This document shows positions 1 through 13,200 of a stretch of DNA of 64,000 nt, one piece after another. Origin of the DNA: Octopus sinensis (lineage: Eukaryota); contig NC_043019.1 in the NCBI RefSeq assembly GCF_006345805.1, forward strand, positions 19,963,360 through 20,027,359, in the 5' to 3' direction. The notes under the pieces are model-generated. The model searched no databases and was not told the DNA's origin. It saw only the letters and a program-made list of their open reading frames with translations. The position numbers and the translations under genes are program-made. Position 1 is the stretch's first letter; every line of letters begins with the position of its first letter.

Positions 1-207
1 TTGGTGGTGGTGCTGTTGGAATGTTCTCGTGTTGGTCAAAGATGCCTCTGGAAGATGGTGAGGTAAAAGAAGGATTCACAGATGACTTTTTGGGGCCAAC
101 TGTAGTTTTGGCTCGAAACTATTTCCTGTTGTTTTGGACTCTGCGAGTACGGTTCAGCAACCTTTGGTTCCTCCTTTCATGTCTAATTTCATTCTCTCCA
201 AGACTCA
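1..207 (-). other. Candidate host exon (runs off the window edge) with one in-frame TAG
   Basis: Minus strand has acceptor ctcttattttccAG (AG at 209-208). The frame then reads SLGENEIRHERRNQRLLNRTRRVQNNRK*FRAKTTVGPKKSSVNPSFTSPSSRGIFDQHENIPTAPPP, with TAG at 121-119. No homology recognised. Confidence 0.35.
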
Positions 208-529
208 CTGGAAAATAAGAGATATAATAAAGTTATGTGTGTGTAAGCACAGGTATGTGTGTGTCTGTGTGTGTTTGTGCATGTGTGTGTGTGTGCTTGT
301 ATAAGTATGTGTGTATATGTGTAAGAATGGGTGCATACATGTGTATGTATATATATAAGCATGGCTGTTTGGTAAGAAGTTTGTTTTCCGGCTTTACAGT
401 TTGTTTGTGGGCTAAATATACAGACAGTACAGTACTTATCTAAAAGGATAGGTTCTACCAATTATAGATTTGATAGGGTTGCCTGGCTTTTCACCAACCT
501 TAATCCTTAGCTTAAGTTTGTCTATTGCA

Positions 530-1290
530 AATGTGTACTTGAAAAACAACAAAGAATTTTGTGATCTGTTGGGTAATTATAAGTTAACTGATAAGCTTAT
601 ATTTATCCGAGAGATCACTAAAGTCTCAAAAGGTTTAAGGATAGCAATTGTGTTCACTTTAATGCTTATTTGCAATATTTCGACACATTTTGTTTTCTGA
701 AAACTACTGTTATTTGTGTGATCTCTTAACTTAACTGAATGATAATAAGATTATATTTAACCAAGAGATCACTAAAGTCTCAAAGTTTTCAGGATACAAA
801 ATGTGTCAAAATATTGCAAAAAAGTGTTAAAAAACAACAAATTTTAATTAGCAATTGTGTTCACTTTTTTATGTTTATTTGCAATATATTGACACATTTT
901 ATTTTCTGAACACTTTATTGACTTGATTGATATCTTGGGTAAATTTATGTTAATTGATTGTTAGCTTATATTTATCCAAGAGGTCACAAAAATCTCAAAA
1001 GTTTTCCGGTTAGAAAATGTCAAAATATTAAAAATGTGTACTTGAAAAACAACAAAAAATTTAGTGATCTGTTAGGTAAATATAAGTAAACTGATTGATA
1101 ATAAGATTATATTTATCCAAGAGATCACTAAAGTCTCAAAAGTTTTAAGGATAGAAAGTGTGTCAAAATATTGCAAATACGTACTGAAAAACAAATTTGA
1201 ATTAGCAATTGTGTTCACTTTTATATGCTTATTTGCAATATTTCAACACACTTTTTATCCTTAAACCTATCAATCAGTTAACTTATATAT
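530..1290. repeat. Degenerate direct and inverted (fold-back) repeat mosaic
   Basis: About 4 diverged copies of tatatttatccaagagatcactaaagtctcaaaag (~598, ~752, ~968, ~1108). Inverted pairs at 1060-1085/1107-1132, 1144-1179/1230-1265 and 1081-1100/1268-1287. Confidence 0.75.
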
Positions 1291-4200
1291 AGATAATTAC
1301 TATTCTTCTATAAATGAAATTGTGTTTAATTAGGCCCTTTTTTTGCAATGATTACAATGGGAATGACATTTGAAGAAGTTAATGTAATTAAAATGGCAAG
1401 GACATCATAAAAGTCGTTATAAATTTATTCAAATAGATATTGATAATTACTATTCCTCTATTAATGAAATTGTGTTTAATAAGGCACTTATTTTTGCAAT
1501 GAATAAAATGTGAATGACATTTGAAGAAGTTAATGTACTTAAAATGGCTAGGACATCATAAAAGTCGTTATAAATTTATTCAAATAGATATTGATAATTA
1601 CTATTCCTCTATTAATGAAATTGTGATTAATAAGACCCTTATTTTTGCAATGAATAAAGTGGGAATGACATTTGAAGAAGTTAATGTAATTAAAATGGCT
1701 AGGACATCATAAAAATCGTTTTAAATTTATTCAAATAGATATTGATAATTACTATTCTTCTATTAATGAAATTGTGTTTAATAAGGCCCTTATTTTTGAA
1801 ATGAATGAAGTGGGAATGACATTTGAAGAAGTTAATGTAATTAAAATGGCTAGGACATCATAAAAAATCGTTATAAATTTATTCAAATAGATATTGATAT
1901 TTACTATTCTTCTATTAATGAAATTGTGTTTAATAAGGCCCATATTTTTACAATGAATGAAGTGGGAATGACATTTGAAGAAGTTAATGTAATTAAAATG
2001 GCTAGGCCATCATAAAAATCGTTTTAAATTTATTCAAATAGATATTGATAATTACTATTCTTCTATTAATGAAATTGTGTTTAATTAGGCCCTTTTTTTG
2101 CAATGATTACAATGGGAATGACATTTGAAGAAGTTAATGTAATTAAAATGGCAAGGACATCATAAAAGTCGTTATAAATTTATTCAAATAGATATTGATA
2201 ATTACTATTCCTCTATTAATGAAATTGTGTTTAATAAGGCACTTATTTTTGCAATGAATAAAATGTGAATGACATTTGAAGAAGTTAATGTACTTAAAAT
2301 GGCTAGGACATCATAAAAGTCGTTATAAATTTATTCAAATAGATATTGATAATTACTATTCCTCTATTAATGAAATTGTGATTAATAAGACCCTTATTTT
2401 TGCAATGAATAAAGTGGGAATGACATTTGAAGAAGTTAATGTAATTAAAATGGCTAGGACATCATAAAAATCGTTTTAAATTTATTCAAATAGATATTGA
2501 TAATTACTATTCTTCTATTAATGAAATTGTGTTTAATAAGGCCCTTATTTTTGAAATGAATGAAGTGGGAATGACATTTGAAGAAGTTAATGTAATTAAA
2601 ATGGCTAGGACATCATAAAAAAATCGTTTTAAATTTATTCAAATAGATATTGATATTTACTATTCTTCTATTAATGAAATTGTGTTTAATAAGGCCCATA
2701 TTTTTACAATGAATGAAGTGGGAATGACATTTGAAGAAGTTAATGTAATTAAAATGGCTAGGCCATCATAAAAATCGTTTTAAATTTATTCAAATAGATA
2801 TTGATAATTACTATTCTTCTATTAATGAAATTGTGTTTAATTAGGCCCTTATTTTTGCAATGAATAAAATGGGAATGACATTTGAAGAAGTTAATGCAAT
2901 TAAAATGGCTAGGACATCATAAAAATCGTTATAAATTTACTCAGATAGATATTAATATTTACTATTATTCTATTAATGAAATTGTGTTTAATAAGGCCCT
3001 TTTTTTTACAATGAATAAAGTGGGAATGACATTTGAAGAAGTTAATGTAATTAAAATGGCTAGGACATCATAAAAATCGTAATAAATTTATTCAAATAGA
3101 TATTGATAATTACTATTCTTCTATTAATGAAATTGTGTTTAATAAGGCCCTTATTTTTACAATGAATGAAGTGGGAATGACATTTGAAGAAGTTAATGCA
3201 ATTAAAATGGCTAGGACATCATAAAAATCGTAATAAATTTATTCAAATAGATATTGATAATTACTATTCTTCTATTAATGAAATTGTGTTTAATTAGGAA
3301 CTTCTTTTTGCAATGAATAAAGTGGGAATGATATTTGAAGAAGTTAATGTAATTAAAATGGCTAGGACATCATAAAAATCGTTTTACATTTATTCAAATA
3401 GATATTGATATTTACTATTCTTCTATTAATGAAATTGTGTTTAATAAGGCCCTTATTTTTACAATGAATAAAGTGGGAATGACATTTGAAGAAGTTAATG
3501 TAATTAAAATGACTAGGACATCATAAAAAACGTTATAAATTTATTCAAATAGATATTGATATTTACTATTCTTCTATTAATGAAATTGAGTTTAATAAGG
3601 CCCTTATTTTTACAATGAATAAAGTGGGAATGACATTTGAAGAAGTTAATGTAATTAAAATGACTAGGACATCATAAAAATCGTTTTAAATTTATTCAAA
3701 TAGATATTGATGTTTACTATTCTTCTATTAATGAAATTGTGTTTAATAAGGCCCTTATTTTTACAATGAATAAAGTGGGAATGACATTTGAAGAAGTTAA
3801 TGTAATTAAAATGGCTAGGACATCATAAAAATCGTTTTAAATTTATTCAAATAGATATTGATAATTACTATTCTTCTATTAATGAAATTGTGTTTAATAA
3901 GGCCCTTATTTTTACAATGAATGAAGTGGGAATGACATTTGAAGAAGTTAATGTAATTAAAATGGCTAGGACATCATAAAAATCGTTTTAAATTTATTCC
4001 AAAAGACATTGATAATTACTATTCTTCTATTAATGAAATTGTGTTTAATAAGGCCCTTATTTTTGCAATGAATGAAGTGGGAATGACATTTGAAGAAGTT
4101 AATGTAATCAAAATTGCTAGGACATCATAAAAATCGTTATAAATTTATTCACATAGATATTGCTGTTTACTATTCTTCTATTAATGAAATTGTGTTTAAT

Positions 4201-7200
4201 AAGGCCCTTATTTTTACAATGAATGAAGTGGGAATGACATTTGAAGAAGTTAATGTAATTAAAATGGCTAGGACATCATAAAAATCGTTTTAAATTGATT
4301 CAAATAGATATTGATAATTACTATTCTTCTATTAATGAAATTGTGTTTAATAAGGCCCTTATTTTTACAATGAATCAAGTGGGAATGACATTTGAAGAAG
4401 TTAATGTAATTAAAATGGCTAGGACATCATAAAAATCGTTTTAAATTAATTCAAATAGATATTGATAATTACTATTCTTCTATTAATGAAATTGTGTTTA
4501 ATAAGGCCCTTATTTTTACAACGAATGAAGTGGGAATGACATTTGAAGAAGTTAATGTAATTAAAATGGCTAGGACATCATAAAAATCGTTTTAAATTTA
4601 TTCAAAGAGATATTGATAATTACTATTCTTCTATTAATGAAATCGTGTTTAATAAGGCCCATTTTTTTACGATGAATAAAGTTGGAATGACATTTGAAGA
4701 AGTTAATGTTATTAAAATGGCTAGGACATCATAAAAGTCGTTTTAAATTTATTCAAATAGATATTGATAATTACTATTCTTCTATAAATGAAATTGTGTT
4801 TAATAAGGCCCTTATTTTAGCAATGAATAAAGTGGGAATGACATTTGAAGAAGTTAATGTAATTAAAATGGCTAGGAAATCATACAAATCGTTATAGATT
4901 TATTCAAATAGATATTGATAATTACTATTCTTCTTTTAATGAACTTGTGTTTAATAAGGCCCTCATTTTTGCAATGAATAAAGTTGGAATGTCATTTGAA
5001 GAAGTTAATGTAATTAAAATGGCTAGAAAATCATAAAAATCGTTATAAATTTATTCAAATAGATATTGATAATTACTATTCTTCTATTAATGAAATTGTG
5101 TTTAATAAGGCCCTTATTTTAGCAATGAATAAAGTGGGAATGACATTTGAAGAAGTTAATGTAATTAAAATGGCTAGGAAATCATAAAAATCGTTATAAA
5201 TTTATTCAAATAGATATTGATAATTACTATTATTCTTTTAATGAAGTTGTGTTTAATAAGGCCCTCATTTTTGCAATGAATAAAGTGGGAATGACATTTG
5301 AAGAAGTTAATGTAATTAAAATGGCTAGGAAATCATAAAAATCGTTATAAATTTATTCAAATAGATATTGATAATTACTATACTTCTATTAATGAAATTG
5401 TGTTTAATAAGGCTCTTATTTTTTCAATGAATAAAGTGGGAATGACATATGAAGAAGTTAATGTAATTAAAATGGCTAGGACATCATAAAAATCGTTATA
5501 AATTTATTCAAATAGATATTGATAATTACTATTCTTCTATAAATGAAATTGTGTTTAATAAGGCCCTTATTTTTACAATGAATGAAGTGGGAATGACATT
5601 TGAAGAAGTTAATGTAATTAAAATGGCTAGGACATCATAAAAATCGTTTTAAATTTATTCAAAGAGATATTGATAATTACTATTCTTCTATTAATGAAAT
5701 CGTGTTTAATAAGGCCCATTTTTTTACAATGAATAAAGTGGGAATGACATTTGAAGAAGTTAATGTAATTAAAATGGCTAGGACATCATAAAAGTCGTTT
5801 TAAATTTATTCAAATAGATATTGATAATTACTATTCTTCTATAAATGAAATTGTGTTTAATAAGGCCCTTATTTTAGCAATGAATAAAGTGGGAATGACA
5901 TTTGAAGAAGTTAATGTAATTAAAATGGCTAGGACATCATAAAAATCGTTATAAATTTATTCAAATAGATATTGATAATTACTATTCTTCTATAAATGAA
6001 ATTGTGTTTAATAAGGCCCTTTTTTTTACAATGAATAAAGTGGGAATGACATTTGAATAAGTTAATGTTATTAAAATGGCTAGGACATCATAAAAGTCGT
6101 TTTAAATTTTTTCAAATAGATATTGATAATTACTATTCTTCTATTAATGTAATTGTGTTTAATAAGGCCCTTATTTTTACAATGAATGAAGTGGGAATGA
6201 CATTTGAAGAGGTTAATGTAATTAAAATGGCTAGGAAATCATAAAAATCGTTATAAATTTATTCAAAGAGATATTGATATTTACTATTCTTCTATTAATG
6301 AAATTCTGTTTAATAAGGCCCTTATTTTTACAAGGAATGAAGTGGGAATGATATTTGAAGAATTTAATGTAATTAAAATAGCTAGGACATCATAAAAATC
6401 GTTATAAATTTATTCAAATAGATATTGATAATTACTATTCTTCTATTAATGAAATTGTGTTTAATAAGGCTCTTATTTTTTCAATGAATAAAGTGGGAAT
6501 GACATTTGAAGAAGTTAATGTAATTAAAATGGCTAGGACATCATAAAATCGTTTTAAATTTATTGAAATAAATATTGATAATTACTATTCTTCTATTAAT
6601 GAAATTGTGTTTAATAAGGCCCTTATTTTTACAATGAATGAAGTGGGAATGACATTTGAAGAAGTTAATGTAATTAAAATGGCTAGGACATCATAAAAAC
6701 CGTTATAAATTTATTCAAATAGATATTGATAATTACTATTCTTCTATTAATGAAATTGTGTTTAATAAGGCCCTTATTTTTACAATGAACAGAGTGGGAA
6801 TGACATTTGAAGAAGTTAATGTAATTAAAACGGCTAGGACATCATAAAAATCGTTATAAATTTATTCAAATAGAAATTGATTGTTACTATTCTTCTATCA
6901 ATGAAATTGTGTTTAATAAGGCCCTTTTTTTTACAATGAATAAAGTGAGAATGACATTTGAAGAAGTTAATGTTATTAAAATGGCTAGGACATCATAAAA
7001 GTCGTTTTAAATTTATTCAAATAGATATTGATAATTACTATTCTTCTATTAATGAAATTGTGTTTAATAAGGCCCTTTTTTTACAATGAATAAAGTGGGA
7101 ATGACATTTGAAGAAGTTAATGTAATTAAAATGGCTAGGACATCATAAAAATCGTTATAAATTTATTCAATAGATATTGATTGTTACTATTCTTCTATTA

Positions 7201-10200
7201 ATGAAATTGTGTTTAATAAGGCCCTTTGTTTTACAATGAATAAAGTGAGAATGACATTTTAAGAAGTTAATGTTATTAAAATGGCTAGAACATCATAAAA
7301 GTCGTTTTAAATTTATTCAAATAGATATTGATAATTACTATTCTTTTATTAATGAAATTGTGTTTAATAAGGCCCTTTTTTTTACAATGAATAAAGTGGG
7401 AATAATATTTGAAGAAGTTAATGCAATTAAAATGGCTAGGACATCATAAAAGTCGTTTTAAATTTATTCAAATAGATATTGATAATTATTATTCTTCTAT
7501 TAATGAAATTGTGTTTAATAAGGCCCTCATTTTTGCAATGAATAAAGTGGGAATGATATTTGAAGAAGATAATGTAATTAAAATGGCTAGGACATCATAA
7601 AAATCGTTATAAATTTCTTCAAATACATATTGATAATTACTATTCTTCTACTAATGAAATTGTGTTTAATAAGGCCCTTATTTTTACAATGAATGAAGTG
7701 GGAATGACATTTGAAGAAGTTAATATAATTAAAATGGCTAGGACATCATAAAAATCGTTATAAATTTATTCAAATAGATATTGATTGTTACTATTCTTCT
7801 ATTAATGAAATTGTGTTTAATAAGGCCCTTTTTTTTACAATGAATAAAGTGGGAATGACATTTGAAGAAGTTAATGTAATTAAAACGGCTAGGACATCAT
7901 AAAAATCGTTATAAATTTATTCAAATAGATATTGATTGTTACTATTCTTCTATCAATGAAATTGTGTTTAATAAGGCCCTTTTTTTTACAATGAATAAAG
8001 TGAGAATGACATTTGAAGAAGTTAATGTAATTAAAATGGCTAGGACATCATAAAAATCGTTATAATTCAAAAAGATATTGATTGTTACTATTCTTCTATT
8101 AATGAAATTGTGTTTAATAAGGCCCTTTGTTTTACAATGAATAAAGTGAGAATGACATTTTAAGAAGTTAATGTTATTAAAATGGCTAGGACATCATAAA
8201 AGTCGTTTTAAATTTATTCAAATAGATATTGATAATTATTATTCTTCTATTAATGAAATTGTGTTTAATAAGGCCCTCATTTTTGCAATGAATAAAGTGG
8301 GAATAATATTTGAAGAAGTTAATGCAATTAAAATGGCTAGGACATCATAAAAATCGTTATAAATTTATTCAAATAGATATTGATAATTACTATTCTTCTA
8401 TTAATGAAATTGTGTTTAATAAGGCATTTATTTTTTCAATGAATAAAGTGGGAATGACATTTGAAGAAGTTAATGTAATTGAAATGGCTAGGACATCATA
8501 AAAATCGTTTTAAATTTATTGAAATAAATATTGATAATTACTATTCTTCTATTAATGAAATTGTGTTTAATAAGGCCCTTTTTTTTACAATGAATGAAGT
8601 GGGAATGACATTTGAAGAAGTTAATGTAATTAAAATGGCTAGGACATCATAAAAATCGTTATAATTCAAATAGATATTGATTGTTACTATTCTTCTATTA
8701 ATGAAATTGTGTTTAATAAGGCCCTTTGTTTTACAATGAATAAAGTGAGAATGACATTTTAAGAAGTTAATGTTATTAAAATGGCTAGGACATCATAAAA
8801 GTCGTTTTAAATTTATTCAAATAGATATTGATAATTATTATTCTTCTATTAATGAAATTGTGTTTAATAAGGCCCTCATTTTTGCAATGAATAAAGTGGG
8901 AATAATATTTGAAGAAGTTAATGGAATTAAAATGGCTAGGACATCATAAAAATCGTTATAAATTTCTTCAAATAGATATTGATAATTACTATTCTTCTAT
9001 TAATGAAATTGTGTTTAATAAGGCTCTTATTTTTGCAATGAATTAAGTGGGAATGATATTTGAAGAAGTTAATGTAATTAAAATAGCTAGGACATCATAA
9101 AAATCGTTATAAATTTATTCAAATAGATATTGATAATTACTATTCTTCTATTAATGAAATTGTGTTTAATAAGGCATTTATTTTTTCAATGAATAAAGTG
9201 GGAATGACATTTGAAGAAGTTAATGTAATTGAAATGGCTAGGACATCATAAAAATCGTTTTAAATTTATTGAAATAAATATTGATAATTACTATTCTTCT
9301 ATTAATGAAATTGTGTTTAATAAGGCCCTTTTTTTTACAATGAATAAAGTGGGAATGACATTTGAAGAAGTTAATGTAATTAAAATGGCTAGGACATCAT
9401 AAAAATCGTTATAATTCAAATAGATATTGATTGTTACTATTCTTCTATTAATGAAATTGTGTTTAATAAGGCCCTTTTTTTTACAATGAATAAAGTGGGA
9501 ATGACATTTGAAGAAGTTAACGTTTTTAAAATGGCTAGGAGATCATAAAAGTCGTTTTAAATTTATTCAAATATATATTGATAATTACTATTCTTCTATT
9601 AATGAAATTGTGTTTAATAAGGCCCTTTTTTTTACAATGAATGAAGTGGGAATGACATTTGAAGAAGTTAATGTAATTAAAATGGCTAGGACATCATAAA
9701 AGTCGTTTTAAATTTATTCAAATAGATATTGATAATTATTATTCTTCTATTAATGAAATTGTGTTTAATAAGGCCCTCATTTTTGCAATGAATAAAGTGG
9801 GAATAATATTTGAAGAAGTTAATGCAATTAAAATGGCTAGGACATCATAAAAATCGTTATAAATTTCTTCAAATAGATATTGATAATTACTATTCTTCTA
9901 TAAATGAAATTGTGTTTAATAAGGCCCTTTTTTTTACAATGAATAAAGTGGGAATGACATTTGAAGAAGTTAATGTTATTAAAATGGCTAGGACATCATA
10001 AAAGTCGTTTTAAATTTTTTCAAATAGATATTGATAATTACTATTCTTCTATTAATGTAATTGTGTTTAATAAGGCCCTTATTTTTACAATGAATGAAGT
10101 GGGAATGACATTTGAAGAGGTTAATGTAATTAAAATGGCTAGGAAATCATAAAAATCGTTATAAATTTATTCAAAGAGATATTGATATTTACTATTCTTC

Positions 10201-13200
10201 TATTAATGAAATTGTGTTTAATAAGGCTCTTATTTTTTCAATGAATAAAGTGGGAATGACATTTGAAGAAGTTAATGTAATTAAAATGGCTAGGACATCA
10301 TAAAAATCGTTTTAAATTTATTCAAATAGATATTGATAATTACTATTCTTCTATTAATGAAATTGTGTTTAATAAGGCCCTTATTTTTACAATGAATAAG
10401 TGGGAATGACATTTGAAGAAGTTAATGTAATTAAAATGGCTAGGACATCATAAAAATCGTTATAAATTTATTCAAATAGATATTGATAATTACTATTCTT
10501 CTATTAATGAAATTGTGTTTAATAAGGCCCTTATTTTTACAATGAATAGAGTGGGAATGACATTTGAAGAAGTTAATGTAATTAAAACGGCTAGGACATC
10601 ATAAAAATCGTTATAAATTTATTCAAATAGATATTGATTGTTACTATTCTTCTATCAATGAAATTGTGTTTAATAAGGCCCTTTTTTTTACAATGAATAA
10701 AGTGAGAATGACATTTGAAGAAGTTAATGTTATTAAAATGGCTAGGACATCATAAAAGTCGTTTTAAATTTATTCAAATAGATATTGATAATTACTATTC
10801 TTCTATTAATGAAATTGTGTTTAATAAGGCCCTTTTTTTACAATGAATAAAGTGTGAATGACATTTGAAGAAGTTAATGTAATTAAAATGGCTAGGACAT
10901 CATAAAAATCGTTATAATTCAAATAGATATTGATTGTAACTATTCTTCTATTAATGAAATTGTGTTTAATAAGGCCCTTTGTTTTACAATGAATAAAGTG
11001 AGAATGACATTTAAGAAGTTAATGTTATTAAAATGGCTAGAACATCATAAAATCGTTTTAAATTTATTCAAATAGATATTGATAATTACTATTCTTTTAT
11101 TAATGAAATTGTGTTTAATAAGGCCCTTTTTTTTACAATGAATAAAGTGGGAATGACATTTGAAGAAGTTAATGTTATTAAAATGGCTAGGACATCATAA
11201 AAGTCGTTTAATTTATTCAAATAGATATTGATAATTACTATTCTTCTATTAATGAAATTGTGTTTAATAAGGCCCTAATTTTTGCAATGAATAAAGTGGG
11301 AATGATATTTGAAGAAGTTAATGTAATTAAAATGGCTAGGACATCATAAAAATCGTTATAAATTTCTTCAATAGATATTGATAATTACTATTCTTCTACT
11401 AAGGAAATTGTGTTTAATAAGGCCCTTATTTTTACAATGAATGAAGTGGGAATGACATTTGAAGAAGTTAATGTTATTAAAATGGCTAGGACATCATAAA
11501 AGTCGTTTTAAATTTATTCAATAGATATTGATAATTATAATATTTTACTATTCTTCTATTAATGAAATGTGTTTAATAAGGCCCTTATTTTTACAATGAA
11601 TGAAGTGGGAATGATATTTGAAGAAGTTAATGTAATTAAAATGGCTAGGACATCATAAAAATCGTTATAAATTTCTTCAAATAGATATTGATAATTACTA
11701 TTCTTCTACTAAGGAAATTGTGTTTAATAAGGCCCTTATTTTTACAATGAATGAAGTGGGAATGACATTTGAAGAAGTTAATGTTATTAAAATGGCTAGG
11801 ACATCATAAAAGTCGTTTTAAATTTATTCAAATAGATATTGATAATTACTATTCTTCTATTAATGAAATTGTGTTTAATAAGGCCCTTATTTTTACAATG
11901 AATGAAGTGGGAATGACATTTGAAGAAGTTAATGTAATTAAAATGGCTAGGACATCATAAAAATCGTTATAAATTTCTTCAAATAGATATTGATAATTAC
12001 TATTCTTCTACTAATGAAATTGTGTTTAATAAGGCCTTATTTTTTCAATGAATGAAGTGGAATGACATTTGAAGAAGTTAATGTATTAAAATGGCTAGGA
12101 CATCATAAAAATCGTTTTAAATTTATTCAAGAGATATTGATAATTACTATTCTTCTATTAATGAAATCGTGTTTAATAAGGCCTTTTTTTACAATGAATA
12201 AAGTGGGAATGACATTTGAAGAAGTTAATGTAATTAAAATGGCTAGGACATCATAAAAGTCGTTTTTAAATAATTCAAATAGATATTGATAGTTACTATT
12301 CTCTATAAATGAAATTGTGTTTAATAAGGCCCTTATTTTAGCAATGAATAAAGTGGGAATGACATTTTAAGAAGTTAATGTTAATTAAAATGGCTAGGAA
12401 ATCATACAAATCGTTATAGATTTATTCAAATAGATATTGATAATTACTATTCTTATTTAATGAAATTGTGTTTAATAAGGCCCTTTTTTGCAATGAATAA
12501 GTTTGGAATGTCATTTGAAGAAGTTAATGTAATTAAAATGGCTAAAATCATAAAAATCGTTATAAATTTATTCAAATAGATATTGATAATTACTATTTTT
12601 CTATTAATGAAATTGTGTTTAATAAGGCCCTTATTTTAGCAATGAATAAAGTGGGAATGACATTTGAAGAAGTTAATGTAATTAAAATGGCTAGGAAATC
12701 ATAAAAATCGTTATAAATTTATTCAAATAGATATTGATAATTACTATACTTCTATTAATGAAATTGTGTTTAATAAGGCTCTTATTTTTTCAATGAATAA
12801 AGTGGGAATGACATTTGAAGAAGTTAATGTATTAAAATGGCTAGGACATCATAAAAGTCGTTATAAATTTATTCAAATAGATATTGATAATTACTATTCT
12901 TCTATTAATGTAATTGTGTTTAATAAGGCCCTTATTTTTACAATGAATGAAGTGGGAATGACATTTGAAGAGGTTAATGTAATTAAAATGCTAGGAAATC
13001 ATAAAAATCGTTATAAATTTATTCAAAGAGATATTGATATTTACTATTCTTCTATTAATGAAATTCTGTTTAATAAGGCCCTTATTTTTACAAGGAATGA
13101 AGTGGGAATGATATTTGAAGAAGTTAATGTAATTAAAATAGCTAGGACATCATAAAAATCGTTATAAATTTATTCAAATAGATATTGATAATTACTATTC

